From positions 1 through 46,304 of the IMG/VR virus record IMGVR_UViG_3300028145_000137: 46,304 nucleotides of DNA. One strand, written 5' to 3'. The DNA comes from a virus. Its lineage: Duplodnaviria > Caudoviricetes. The notes beneath the pieces are model-generated. The model made no database searches. It was not told the DNA's origin and saw nothing but the letters and a program-made list of their open reading frames with translations. Numbering within the stretch: position 1 is the first letter of the stretch; each line of letters opens with the position of its first letter. Positions 1-8,866 of this stretch are shown here, one piece after another. Position numbers and translations under genes: made by a program.

Positions 1-253
1 CAAGGACAGGGATGCCTGCGCCGCCTGTGGCGAGTTCGTCATCAATGACCCAGACAGCTTCGCCATCGTAAGTGATGCCGCCTTGGGCGCAGCCTACGCC
101 GAAGCTATCGCGGATGGAGTAGCCTGCGCGCTTCACGATCATCGGGCCTAGAGGCGTGTTCTCTCGATAGCAGTTGCTTAATAGGCCGTCTTTAGAGACT
201 GTACTATCTCTAGTGGCTAAAATCTGAGATAGCTCTAGCCTTTTGGTTTCCAT
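1..253 (-). CDS. N-terminal part of a P22 gp10-like tail hub / packaged-DNA stabilisation protein (runs off the left edge)
   Basis: ATG at 253 overlaps the upstream TAA. The frame METKRLELSQILATRDSTVSKDGLLSNCYRE...MIVKRAG is open to base 1 and resembles gp10-like N-termini. It follows the gp4-like gene. Confidence 0.7.
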   Translation of the reverse strand, partial: METKRLELSQILATRDSTVSKDGLLSNCYRENTPLGPMIVKRAGYSIRDSFGVGCAQGGITYDGEAVWVIDDELATGGAGIPVL

Positions 254-1230
254 TAACGTGCCCTAGTATCCAGGCTGAAGTATGTGCTCGCTTCTTCCAC
301 TGAAAAAGCAAAAGCTTCTGCTATGGACTGTTGGTACCTCTCTGTAATCCGTTTTTCTGTGGTTTGGTCTACCCCATAGTCTGGCAGGACTTCGTAAGCG
401 AGCCCCCACTTCAGCGCATTGAGGAATTCCTGCGGGAAGTCGAATAGCTCAGTTGCGCCGGTCGTGTCACTGATGATTTGTTGCTCCATCAAGTGCATCG
501 AGTGATTGATTTGCGCTCCAGGCACAGTGAAGACGTAGAGGTTGCCGTTGGAGTTGGAGACAGAGCCTGTGGTGGAGAAGGCAACGTCGTACCAAAATTG
601 ACTGGGGATGGTTCCATTGGTGGATTTGTTGCCCATCCGGTTGTAGTCGGAGCGGCTCAGCATGAAGATGGGTTGGTCGTAGCTTGTGGTGTTGTTGCGG
701 ATGAAATTGCCCTGGTCGAGGATGCGCTGCACGCGGGCAGTGGTGAGGCCGACAGGGACGATAGTGATGGTGGGGTTGAGGATGCCCCCGCTGGGGAAGG
801 AGAGAATAGGGGTGATGTAGGCGGAGCCGGCGGCGGTGATGGACACGGCTGTGATTGTGCCTCCAGCGATAGTGTAGGTGCCTGTTGCGCCGGTGCCGCC
901 TCCGGCGTCGGTGATGCCGAGCGCGTAGGTGCCGGCCGAGCCGCCTGTACCTCCGTCGGTAATGGTGACTGCTGCTGTGGCTAAGTAGCCACCTGTTGGG
1001 CCAAGGGGGTAGACAGCCACGCCCTCGACCATGGGGACAACGATCTCCTTAATCTTCCACAGTGTCGCGCCCTTGTTGACCCATGCCTTGAGCATGAGGT
1101 TGAGGGCTTCCGAGCAGAAGGTATAGTCTTCGGGGGAGGGGGCTTGGGTCTGGCCAATGACACCGAGAGCGCGCAGCACAGCCTTGATGAGGTCGTTGCG
1201 GGTGAAGGTCAAGCCGAATGAACTGGACAT
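253..1230 (-). CDS. Head-to-tail adaptor (P22 gp4 / tail tubular A-like) with a Gly/Thr-rich beta insertion
   Basis: N-terminal helices TRNDLIKAVLRALGVIG...EALNLMLKAW, PSQFWYD and C-terminal DFPQEFLNALKWGLAYEV are typical of podoviral adaptors. It lies upstream of the gp10-like gene. Confidence 0.7.
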   Translation of the reverse strand: MSSSFGLTFTRNDLIKAVLRALGVIGQTQAPSPEDYTFCSEALNLMLKAWVNKGATLWKIKEIVVPMVEGVAVYPLGPTGGYLATAAVTITDGGTGGSAGTYALGITDAGGGTGATGTYTIAGGTITAVSITAAGSAYITPILSFPSGGILNPTITIVPVGLTTARVQRILDQGNFIRNNTTSYDQPIFMLSRSDYNRMGNKSTNGTIPSQFWYDVAFSTTGSVSNSNGNLYVFTVPGAQINHSMHLMEQQIISDTTGATELFDFPQEFLNALKWGLAYEVLPDYGVDQTTEKRITERYQQSIAEAFAFSVEEASTYFSLDTRAR

Positions 1231-1508
1231 TATGAATCCTCCGGGAGGGGTGTTACAGGCGCCACTTCACCATCGGGGCGTGTAGCCATGTTGACGAATT
1301 GGAGTGGGGCGCGTTGACGGGACCAGGGCACACCGGAGGGGTCGGGGACGCCGCGCACGTAGTCCTGGCTGTTTCTTGGTTCCCAACAGAGATGGCATGA
1401 ACGGAGCCCATCCCAAGTGAGGCGTAGCATGGAGGCTTTGCGTACGAGGCCGCAAACGTCACAACACGCTTGCCAATCACCAAGCTTAAAGTAATTGTAT
1501 TGTCCCAT
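1230..1508 (-). CDS. Small Cys-rich phage protein (CxxC...CxxC), probable Zn-binding, in the virion module
   Basis: GDWQACCDVCG...CHLCWEPRNSQDYV; translationally coupled to both neighbours. Confidence 0.7.
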   Translation of the reverse strand: MGQYNYFKLGDWQACCDVCGLVRKASMLRLTWDGLRSCHLCWEPRNSQDYVRGVPDPSGVPWSRQRAPLQFVNMATRPDGEVAPVTPLPEDS

Positions 1509-1996
1509 TAGCTTCTCCCGTGGTTAGGGTGGAAACCGTAGCGAAGTTCTGCAGCTTTACGTACGCAGCAAGCTTCGAAAAAATCTGTTTGCCGGCCCAA
1601 GTAATGGCGTTTATTTGCAATGTCGATGTATGTCATGTAAGCACCGCGATCCCAAAATACCCCCATTAAACCAGACCGATTAGCACGATTACGTTTTGCA
1701 TTTAGATTCTGGGCTGATTGTGGTACTGCTCGTAAATTAACCCACCGATTGTTGCGACTGCAGCCATCTATATGATCTACAGTTTCTGCCCACTCCCCAG
1801 TCATGTATAAAAAGGCAAGCTGATGTTGTCTGTAAAGCTTACCGTCTATGCGACACTCGACATATGGATTTGAGTGCGTAGAAAGCGATCCACACAAAGC
1901 GCCAGCACGCGCACGTTTTTTGTTGACAAGCCGCGTAAAAGTACCCGTTTCAGGATCATACCGAACCAACTCTTTGAGGCGCTCTTGGGTTAGCAT
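1508..1996 (-). CDS. HNH homing endonuclease with an AP2-like C-terminal domain
   Basis: LTQERLKELVRYDPETG N-terminus, HQLAFLYMTG, VDHIDGCSRNNRWVNLR (HNH), SGLMGVFW...YLG. More AT-rich than its flanks. Confidence 0.9.
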   Translation of the reverse strand: MLTQERLKELVRYDPETGTFTRLVNKKRARAGALCGSLSTHSNPYVECRIDGKLYRQHQLAFLYMTGEWAETVDHIDGCSRNNRWVNLRAVPQSAQNLNAKRNRANRSGLMGVFWDRGAYMTYIDIANKRHYLGRQTDFFEACCVRKAAELRYGFHPNHGRS

Positions 1997-2006
1997 TCAA
2001 TTCTCC

Positions 2007-3272
2007 CTACGCTTTCTCGTATCCAATCACGTTGGCAACCCACGTCGTACTTGTGACTGCAGATGGTGTCACCACGAAGCGAATGACTGTGCCGGCGGGG
2101 ATGGGTAGGGGCTCAGAAAGCACTTGACTGAAGCCATCCTTCCCTGCGCCGCGTGCGAACCAGGTTTGAAGTTTCGTGCCACTAGGCGTTTCGAGAGAGA
2201 TGTTGCCGAAGTCGTCATCGGCATGGTCGAGGGTTGTGTGGGCTACTTGCCAATCCCAGCCGAGCAAATAAAGGGTCTTCCCGCTTGTGACTGTGTATGT
2301 GAGGACCACTTGGTCAGCGGTGGTGGCGGTGGTGGCCAATGTTGCAGTCTTCCCGACGATGGTCTTGCCGGTCGAGGAGCCGATGCTGACTGAGAAGACG
2401 GATTGGTCGGATGCGATGGCGACAGGGATGCTTGCGGCCATTGCAGCTTGGCCCTGGGAGGGGACCTTCGTGTTGAGCGCCGCAAGCGTTGCTTCGGATG
2501 CTCTCGTTGAGAGGGTTGCTTCAGTCGCGCGGGTGCTAAGCAGAACGTCTAGGTTGTCGGTCTTGGCTTTGACGAGAAGTTGGGTAGCCTCTGCGTTGCG
2601 GGCTGCAAGTGTGGCTTCGGTGGAAGCGCCTGCTGGGAGTGGGAGGGCGGCGGCGCTAATGGGGACAGTGCCGCTTACTCCGACTGTCCACACTCCATTT
2701 TGGGAGGCAGCGACAGTGCCGCTAACGGACACAGACCATAGACCACTTTGGGTAGCATCAATGGTCCATGCGCCGGATTGACCAACAGACCAGGGGCCTG
2801 CTTGGCCAGCACCGACTAGCCATGAGCCGCTCTGCGATACAGGGAGAGGAGATTGGTTGCTCGCTATAGCTACGGGCGAGGAGGCGGCCATGAGGGCTTG
2901 ACCCTGCGCTGGTGTTTTGCCGTCGATTGAGGCTAGGCTGGCATTGCCTGTGTCTTGCTTGGCCGCAGTGGAGGCACCTGTTGGCAGCGTCTGCGACCCT
3001 GTGATCGAGCAGGCCCATGGGGTTGTTCCCTGTACGACCAAGGTGCCGGGGCCACCATCGCCGGGAGGAATGGAGACTTCGAAGGCGAAGGGTTTATAGT
3101 TGGTCTCGAAGTCGGTGACGTCTGTTGGGTCGGTGATGTAGGCAGAGAGAATGACCGAACCGTTGGAGGAGAAGAGGAAGTAGTGGGCCCCCTCCGGAGC
3201 GTAGTCGATCGTCAGTGCGTACTGAGTGACGAAGCCTTTGAATTGGGTCCAATCTAGGTTGATGGGGACCAT
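2007..3272 (-). CDS. Putative virion fibre/accessory structural protein with internal repeats
   Basis: 421 aa, Ser/Thr/Ala-rich. About 5 xQSGxWxV repeats, about 4 (S/T)EATL repeats and a duplicated KxPxQGQAxMAASxPVAIASxQS block. Confidence 0.55.
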   Translation of the reverse strand: MVPINLDWTQFKGFVTQYALTIDYAPEGAHYFLFSSNGSVILSAYITDPTDVTDFETNYKPFAFEVSIPPGDGGPGTLVVQGTTPWACSITGSQTLPTGASTAAKQDTGNASLASIDGKTPAQGQALMAASSPVAIASNQSPLPVSQSGSWLVGAGQAGPWSVGQSGAWTIDATQSGLWSVSVSGTVAASQNGVWTVGVSGTVPISAAALPLPAGASTEATLAARNAEATQLLVKAKTDNLDVLLSTRATEATLSTRASEATLAALNTKVPSQGQAAMAASIPVAIASDQSVFSVSIGSSTGKTIVGKTATLATTATTADQVVLTYTVTSGKTLYLLGWDWQVAHTTLDHADDDFGNISLETPSGTKLQTWFARGAGKDGFSQVLSEPLPIPAGTVIRFVVTPSAVTSTTWVANVIGYEKA

Positions 3273-3310
3273 GACTGCTCCAAGAAGTGATTGATATCAT
3301 TCATAATTGT

Positions 3311-4099
3311 TCAATACTCGGTCCAAGCTGTGGGCAAGCGCTGGATGACGGATGGGTGGGTCAGATCCGTGAGGATGCCTGTCACTTGGAAGTTGATATT
3401 GATCCCATTCGAGCCAACCTCGATGACCCGGAAGTCGAAGTCCACCTTCTCGGGGATTGTGAAGCCTGACGGGACGACAATGGGGATGGCGCCTGTTTCC
3501 CACGCCTGCGTGCCGCCTACGATGGAGGTTCCGTTGGGGAAGCCTAGTTGGGAGGCGCTACGCCAAGTGGTTTGACCGCCACCACTCTTCGCCGAGTTGG
3601 TGAAGAAGTTGGGAATCCAGAGGTTGTGGCCAGCGGGGACTGTGTAGACGAAGGCGAGAGAATTGCCGATCCCTGCCCCAATGAAGCCACGGGTTAGGCC
3701 GCCGCCGATGGATTCGAGGATGATGTCGCCTTCGTTGATGTGGCTGGAGCCTGAGTCGATGACAAGCATCGAGTTGAGGCGGAAGTAGTTGGCGCCGCCG
3801 GGGAGGGTGACTGGGTTGGTGCCGTCGAGGGCCACGACTTGGGATGTCTGGGTGTAGGTTGGGTCGAGGGTTTGGAGGACGACAGCGCGGGCGCCACTCC
3901 CACTTGCTGAATCGTTGGGGGAGGTGGAACGGATGCGCCATGTTTCGCCTGCCACAGGGAATATGTAGGGTATGGCCGGGGGCCAGAGCGTGCAAGGCAC
4001 CTGAGTGCCCATCACATTGAACACATTGCCGAAGATGTTGACGATGGAGCGGCCGGGGATGAAGCCGCAGCCTACGTCGAGGAAGTACTTTGCGCTCAT
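3311..4099 (-). CDS. Putative virion structural protein (beta-rich)
   Basis: 262 aa with STSPNDSASGSGARAV..L..LD and YTVPAGH motifs, a pattern common in phage structural modules. Confidence 0.55.
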   Translation of the reverse strand: MSAKYFLDVGCGFIPGRSIVNIFGNVFNVMGTQVPCTLWPPAIPYIFPVAGETWRIRSTSPNDSASGSGARAVVLQTLDPTYTQTSQVVALDGTNPVTLPGGANYFRLNSMLVIDSGSSHINEGDIILESIGGGLTRGFIGAGIGNSLAFVYTVPAGHNLWIPNFFTNSAKSGGGQTTWRSASQLGFPNGTSIVGGTQAWETGAIPIVVPSGFTIPEKVDFDFRVIEVGSNGININFQVTGILTDLTHPSVIQRLPTAWTEY

Positions 4100-4119
4100 C
4101 TATGCAGACTCCTCTAGGG

Positions 4120-4515
4120 CTATAGGTAGACCTTGATGAGATGGAGGACGATAGAGTATGTATCGCCTGCGCTTGCGCCTATTGTGGTGAAGAGAATGTC
4201 CCCTGTCTTGCCTGCGCCTGCATTGTTGGGGAGGTAGTAGGGGAAGTCTAGATCGTTATCTTGGTCGGGGGTGAGTTCCCAGCACAGCACATCGGTGGTG
4301 GCGTCCCAGAGGATTTGGACATTCATCCCGATGAGAGAGTAGTCGATGTGGCGGATTTGGACCTCGCTTGGGGCTACGCCATTGATCCCGCTGAGGGTGC
4401 TGACGTCCACTTTGAGGACTGCAGTTTCACCTGTGCCGTCCGAGACGGAAAGGAACTTCAAAATGGCATTTCTGGGGCCATCGGCTATAATTTGTGTGCT
4501 AACTTGATCAACCAC
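4120..4515 (-). CDS. Phage structural-module protein
   Basis: 131 aa, AGGAGG RBS, C-terminal AGKTGDILFTT...YSIVLHLIK. Confidence 0.6.
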   Translation of the reverse strand: MVDQVSTQIIADGPRNAILKFLSVSDGTGETAVLKVDVSTLSGINGVAPSEVQIRHIDYSLIGMNVQILWDATTDVLCWELTPDQDNDLDFPYYLPNNAGAGKTGDILFTTIGASAGDTYSIVLHLIKVYL

Positions 4516-4527
4516 AATATCCTCCTA

Positions 4528-5085
4528 CTAAGTATGCTTCCAAGTGTGCCGTTTAACAATATTGTTAATCGTGGACTTTGGGACAGCCAAAAAGTGCGCA
4601 ATATCACTTATGCGGCAATTTTGGCTGAAATAAGCCCGAATCTCCATGACACCTGTGTTTGTTAAATTCGCTCGCCCGTTTAAACTCCCAGGCCTTGCAC
4701 GCCTTCTATTCGATTCTGGGGTACACGACAATTTAACCTTAATAGAATGCAAATCCCCCTTACTTTCACGCCCCTTCAAAAGCATATCAGTTGTATTGTC
4801 TTGATTTGTACCTAACCATAAATGCTCTGGATTAACGCAATTGCCGTTATCACAAATATGTAGAACACAAATTCCGGCGGGTATTTCGGCCTTATGTAAT
4901 TGATAGGAAAGTCTTGATGCAATCACATTCTTTTTTGCGATCCTTACTACCCCGCGAATCCCGTCGAACGTGGCTGCCTTCCATGACCAGCAGGGTGTAA
5001 GTCCAGCTCGAATGACGGGTCCGTTCTTGTCGACTTTTGCGAGAAATCTTTCTAGCAACGTCCCGCGACACCCAAACTTTGCCAT
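4528..5085 (-). CDS. HNH homing endonuclease with a C-terminal HTH-like tail
   Basis: RFLAKVDK..CWSWK, ASRLSY, VLHICDNGNCVNPEHLWLGTNQDNTTDM. Markedly AT-rich. Confidence 0.9.
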   Translation of the reverse strand: MAKFGCRGTLLERFLAKVDKNGPVIRAGLTPCWSWKAATFDGIRGVVRIAKKNVIASRLSYQLHKAEIPAGICVLHICDNGNCVNPEHLWLGTNQDNTTDMLLKGRESKGDLHSIKVKLSCTPESNRRRARPGSLNGRANLTNTGVMEIRAYFSQNCRISDIAHFLAVPKSTINNIVKRHTWKHT

Positions 5086-5101
5086 GGTAGCTCCTCAAAG
5101 G

Positions 5102-5117
5102 AGGGGCCGGAGCCCCT
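5102..5117 (-). terminator. Possible weak intrinsic terminator or stem-loop
   Basis: Minus strand AGGGGC-TCCG-GCCCCT followed by CCTTT, in the intergenic gap after the beta-helix gene. The U-tract is short. Confidence 0.4.
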
Positions 5118-5128
5118 AGTAGATTAGC

Positions 5129-6046
5129 CTAGTCCAACCCACTGCCATCCACCACGCCAACAGTGTCGTAGTTGCCGACGAAGGTGAAGCCGGTGCCGAC
5201 CATGGCGACACGTGTGGTGTTGATTGCGTCGGCAGCGAACCAGTTGCTTGAGATGATGCCCGTTTGGTCAGATGCGGCGCCGCCATTGGAAGTGGTCAGA
5301 TCGATGTAGTTGGTCTTGTTCTTCGTCTCGAAGATGTTGCCGTGGATTACGCCGCGCTGGATTGAGTATGTGCCGGGGCCGGTGTCGGCGGTGGCGATGT
5401 CGGATTGGTCGTTACCGACGAAGATGTTGCCCCGTACTGTCACATCCGTTTCGCCGACTCCTACAGCGGGCTCCGCTGTGTCGAAGATTAGGCCAAGGCC
5501 GCCTGAGCCACGAAAGAGGCAGTTCTGGATGATTCCTTCACTGGCGGTGAAGGCGTCGTCCGTTGCGTTGCCTTTGAGGCGCAGGAGACCTTTTGCGTTG
5601 CCTTGCGTTGAGTCGCCGTCGAATACACAGTCTTCGATAAGGAAGCCATTGCCCTCCTGTAGGACAAGGTCTGTGTCGGCTGCAGGGGCGGCAAAACGCA
5701 TGTGACGCAGGACGATACCCTGCGAAGCTGTCACAGTGAGGGCCAGGCCGGAGGATGGGACGATGTCGGGCTTGGCGTAGCCTGGAATGATGACACCTGC
5801 GAGGGTCAGGTAGTTGATGTTTGCAACAACGAGGTTCTCGTCGTAGGAGCCTGGGTAGAGGAAGATTGTCGACCCGGTGTCGGTCGTCATCGAGTCGATT
5901 GCTTCCTGGATCGTTTGGAAGGCTGCGCCATTGGAGCTGCGCGGGGCGAGCCCATTGGGGTCGACGAAGAGGATTTTGCCGTTGCGGGTTGGGACGGAGT
6001 AGCTGCCACCCATTAGCTGGGTTCGAAAACTTGTGCTGAAACTCAT
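5129..6046 (-). CDS. Right-handed parallel beta-helix (pectin-lyase-like) protein, probably virion-associated
   Basis: LFVDPNG...AFQTIQEAID...TIFLYPGSYDENL entry motif, then repeated rungs IEDCVF / IQNCLF / VRGNIF / IHGNIF / ISSNWF. Confidence 0.75.
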   Translation of the reverse strand: MSFSTSFRTQLMGGSYSVPTRNGKILFVDPNGLAPRSSNGAAFQTIQEAIDSMTTDTGSTIFLYPGSYDENLVVANINYLTLAGVIIPGYAKPDIVPSSGLALTVTASQGIVLRHMRFAAPAADTDLVLQEGNGFLIEDCVFDGDSTQGNAKGLLRLKGNATDDAFTASEGIIQNCLFRGSGGLGLIFDTAEPAVGVGETDVTVRGNIFVGNDQSDIATADTGPGTYSIQRGVIHGNIFETKNKTNYIDLTTSNGGAASDQTGIISSNWFAADAINTTRVAMVGTGFTFVGNYDTVGVVDGSGLD

Positions 6047-6082
6047 GATGTAGCTCCTTTGGGTGGTAGAGGGGGATGTGGG

Positions 6083-6316
6083 TTACTTCTTTGTGACCTT
6101 GCTTGAGTAGGTGACGATGCCGGCGCCGGGGGCGCGGCCCTTGTCGCTGCCGGTCGAGCCGCTTACCGCGAAGCCGTAGGACTGGGAGGGCATCGAGGGA
6201 CCGGCTTTGGGGCGTGGGGTGGACTTCCCGGCTGCTTGGGTGGTGGGGGGCCGCTTGGGGATGGGAGCGATAGTGTTTGGTCCGTTGCCATAATCGCCGC
6301 GTCTGGATTTATTCAT
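6083..6316 (-). CDS. Small basic, probably disordered protein (77 aa)
   Basis: K/R/P/G/S-rich; ATGA overlap with the upstream ORF. Confidence 0.6.
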   Translation of the reverse strand: MNKSRRGDYGNGPNTIAPIPKRPPTTQAAGKSTPRPKAGPSMPSQSYGFAVSGSTGSDKGRAPGAGIVTYSSKVTKK

Positions 6317-6453
6317 CTCCCTCTCCCCTTCTGGCGATACTGTGATGTGGATACAACCCTAGTGGACTTGCGGCGGGGGAGCTTCACTTTGCCGCTGCTG
6401 CCCTTGACCCCGCCAATACCCTTCAGCATCATTGGGCCGATTGCGCCTTTCAT
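6313..6453 (-). CDS. Small, very basic protein (46 aa)
   Basis: MKGAIGPMMLKGIGGVKGSSGKVKLPRRKSTRVVSTSQYRQKGRGR; ATGA overlaps at both ends; no acidic residues. Confidence 0.55.
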   Translation of the reverse strand: MKGAIGPMMLKGIGGVKGSSGKVKLPRRKSTRVVSTSQYRQKGRGR

Positions 6454-6590
6454 CGCTTCCTCGCTTTCTTTGTCACACCCTTGATGGTTCCTTTGTTCTC
6501 GCTTGCGTAGAAGACGGAGTCGCCCTTTTTCTTCCCGTAGGTTTGCTCCATCTTGGACTTGATCTTCTTGCCTTTGGTGTTGAGGGGCAT
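6450..6590 (-). CDS. Small Lys-rich protein (46 aa) directly after the capsid gene; absent from the ORF track
   Basis: Hand translation MPLNTKGKKIKSKMEQTYGKKKGDSVFYASENKGTIKGVTKKARKR; AGGAG RBS at the capsid stop. Confidence 0.75.
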   Translation of the reverse strand: MPLNTKGKKIKSKMEQTYGKKKGDSVFYASENKGTIKGVTKKARKR

Positions 6591-6601
6591 GGACTGATCT
6601 C

Positions 6602-7522
6602 CTACGGGCCTTCGCTGCCGAACAGGCCCAGAGGGTCCGATGCGCCGACAGAGAAGCGCTGCACGGCTGAGGTGAGGGCATTCTTGGTGCCGAAGTCATT
6701 GTCCTTCTCGATGACTGCTTTCATGCGGGTGAAGCGGCGGAGGCCGCGAGGTGCGTCGCTGCGCAGGAACCAGGAGTTGGGTGCGTCGAGGTAGTGGCAT
6801 TGCATGACACCCTCAGGGATGGTGTTTTGCATCTTGAGGACGTTGACTGCATTGTCGGGTGTGTCGTTTTGGTAGACTGATTCGAGGATGCGATTTGCAT
6901 TCCACCAGTTGTTGGGGTGGACGATCAGTTTCTTAGGCTTCAGGGCGATGATGAGGCCTCGGTCGTCTGTCGCCAGGCTCATTTGGGTTACGAGGTCTTC
7001 AAGGGCCGTTTCGCTCAAGTCGGCTGCGGAGGCGAGAATGTTACTGAATGTGCCGCCTGTGGTGTTGGGGTGGGCGGCGTTGAGAAGGGAGACACCGTCC
7101 GAGAGAGGAAAGGCTGCGTCGAAGGCGTTGTTGTAGACATCGGCGGCGACGATCTCTTCGGTGATTCGGTGGCTTCGAGCGAGGGCAGGGGTGCGGGTTT
7201 GGGTGACCTTCTCGTAGAGGTTATCCATCAACTCTTCCATCGTGACTGCGTAGCCGAGAGCATAGGTCACGTGGGTGTAGCGAACAACTTGACCTTGCTC
7301 TTCGGAGTCGTAGGTGATTTGCGCGCCCTGAGCCTTCACTGGCGCGAGGCCGAAGGAGGTGATTTTGACCTCTTCTTCATATGCCTTCTCGCTCGACTCT
7401 TCGTCGAACATCTGGGACCACTCGCGAGGGTAGTCGTTGTAGTCTCTGCCCCAGATTGCGATAATGCCGGGCCAGAGGAATTTGGGGTGGTTTCCGGTCG
7501 ATATGATACCTGCGATAGCCAT
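6602..7522 (-). CDS. Major capsid protein (HK97 fold, Mu gpT-like type)
   Basis: 306 aa; SEKAYEEE...FGLAPVK..G..ITYD, YTHVTYALGYAVTMEELMDNLY, DGVSLLNAAHP, KPKKLIVHP. Follows the scaffold and decoration genes. Confidence 0.9.
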   Translation of the reverse strand: MAIAGIISTGNHPKFLWPGIIAIWGRDYNDYPREWSQMFDEESSEKAYEEEVKITSFGLAPVKAQGAQITYDSEEQGQVVRYTHVTYALGYAVTMEELMDNLYEKVTQTRTPALARSHRITEEIVAADVYNNAFDAAFPLSDGVSLLNAAHPNTTGGTFSNILASAADLSETALEDLVTQMSLATDDRGLIIALKPKKLIVHPNNWWNANRILESVYQNDTPDNAVNVLKMQNTIPEGVMQCHYLDAPNSWFLRSDAPRGLRRFTRMKAVIEKDNDFGTKNALTSAVQRFSVGASDPLGLFGSEGP

Positions 7523-7540
7523 GGTTGGTTCTCCTTTCTA

Positions 7541-8119
7541 TTAGACGACTGCGAGCGTGCCGCCCATCAATTCGTGCTGGTTAATCATCACCAAGAGCTT
7601 CGTGTTGGCGGTCAGGTCGACATCGGCGCGCTGGACTTTGCCGAGGATTTTGAGCTGAAGGGTGGCCGTCACATCGGTGGTCGAGGCATCGAGTTCGGTG
7701 GTGGCGAGGGGGCTGATGCCGGTTGGGGCGCCGACAACGATGTTGGCGTTGGCGTTGAGGTCCGAAGTGGGGAATGCTCCCGCATTGTTGGCTTGGATTT
7801 CGAACACGACTTCTGGGTCGTCGCACACTAGGACATAGTAGTTGCGGGACTTGGAGGCAGGGATTGGGCCAGGGGGGCTGGATTGGTCCTGCGGGACTAC
7901 GGCTACGATGACGCCGCGGAGGATGTTTCCTGCTGCAGCGAGGGTGACAGCCGGAATGCCGTCTGCATCACCGCCTGCGAAGCTTTTGACTGCGCTCCCC
8001 ACTCCGTAGACTGCGTTGTCGGTGCTTAGGATCACGTACATGTTGACTGTCCCATTCCACGTCATGCCGTTGAGGTGCTTGACGGGAGCCAGGCCAACTG
8101 GTCGGTCTGCATTAGCCAT
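7541..8119 (-). CDS. Capsid decoration/cement protein
   Basis: MANADRPVGLAPV..., YVLVCDDPEVVFEIQ, C-terminal VMINQH; immediately upstream of the capsid gene. Confidence 0.65.
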   Translation of the reverse strand: MANADRPVGLAPVKHLNGMTWNGTVNMYVILSTDNAVYGVGSAVKSFAGGDADGIPAVTLAAAGNILRGVIVAVVPQDQSSPPGPIPASKSRNYYVLVCDDPEVVFEIQANNAGAFPTSDLNANANIVVGAPTGISPLATTELDASTTDVTATLQLKILGKVQRADVDLTANTKLLVMINQHELMGGTLAVV

Positions 8120-8130
8120 TTTAGGTCTCC

Positions 8131-8625
8131 TTACTTGGTTGAAATCTTGATCGAAGTGTGGTTGGGGACGTAGAAGTTTTTGTCAACCGCCGTCGTTTCA
8201 CCACGAAGAATACTCCTTAATCGGTTTTCACGCATCCCCTTGATGATGGCGCGGTTTTCGTCTTTGTGCTCCTTGCGGATTTTCATGAGGAAGGCTTTCT
8301 CGCCGATCTTCTTGAAGACGATGATGGAGATTCGGTCGCCTAGCTCCTTGTTGTGGGGGGTGACAGCTTCGGCGCCGACGGCGAGGGTGATTTCGCTGCG
8401 TGCGACGAATTCGTAGCCGCCTAGTTGGGCCTCTTCTATACGGCCGCCTACGTCGTTGATCCATGCGAGTTCCCAGCCGGGGATTTCGCCTAGGACTTGC
8501 ATCTTTTGGCGGGGCACGCCGAAGGGGATGCGGGCGCGGGGTTGGCGGTCGGGGACTCGATCCAGTTCGGCGCGAACTTGAGCGATTGGCTTTGTTGCTG
8601 CGTCTGTATCATTCTTGGTTGTCAT
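8131..8625 (-). CDS. Head-module protein (164 aa)
   Basis: True start probably MTTKND at 8625 (GGAGG RBS, ATGA overlap). IPGWELAWIND.GGRI...GGYEFV...AFLMKIRKE pattern. Confidence 0.7.
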   Translation of the reverse strand: MTTKNDTDAATKPIAQVRAELDRVPDRQPRARIPFGVPRQKMQVLGEIPGWELAWINDVGGRIEEAQLGGYEFVARSEITLAVGAEAVTPHNKELGDRISIIVFKKIGEKAFLMKIRKEHKDENRAIIKGMRENRLRSILRGETTAVDKNFYVPNHTSIKISTK

Positions 8626-8864
8626 AGCGGTAGTACCTCCCAATCCTCTGCCATCAGGTCTGTTTGAGATGCGAACCAAGGAATACGAGATCCCTTTGGA
8701 TAAGCAACATGACCTTCTGGATATTCGATATAAATGTAAGGGTGGGTCATTTTGCTGTGCGCATCTGGCCGTTGGAGTAGTAACCACATACCTTTACCAT
8801 TCCACCCCTCACGCGAAACGCGCTCCCCTCGTTTTAGTGCTTCTAGTGCTTGTCCGAAGTTCAT
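8622..8864 (-). CDS. tad2: DUF2829 / Tad2-family anti-defence nucleotide-sponge protein
   Basis: MNFGQALEALKRGERVSREGWNGKGMW...PYIY...PWFASQTDLMAEDW matches the DUF2829/Tad2 signature. Confidence 0.85.
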   Translation of the reverse strand: MNFGQALEALKRGERVSREGWNGKGMWLLLQRPDAHSKMTHPYIYIEYPEGHVAYPKGSRIPWFASQTDLMAEDWEVLPL

Positions 8865-8866
8865 AA

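Noticed and set aside
6917-7831. Long antisense ORFs (for example 6917-7831, 9117-9761, 21924-22649, 24510-25553, 28856-29779, 36031-36831)
   Set aside because: They are shadows of well-supported genes in GC-rich DNA and have no recognisable motifs.
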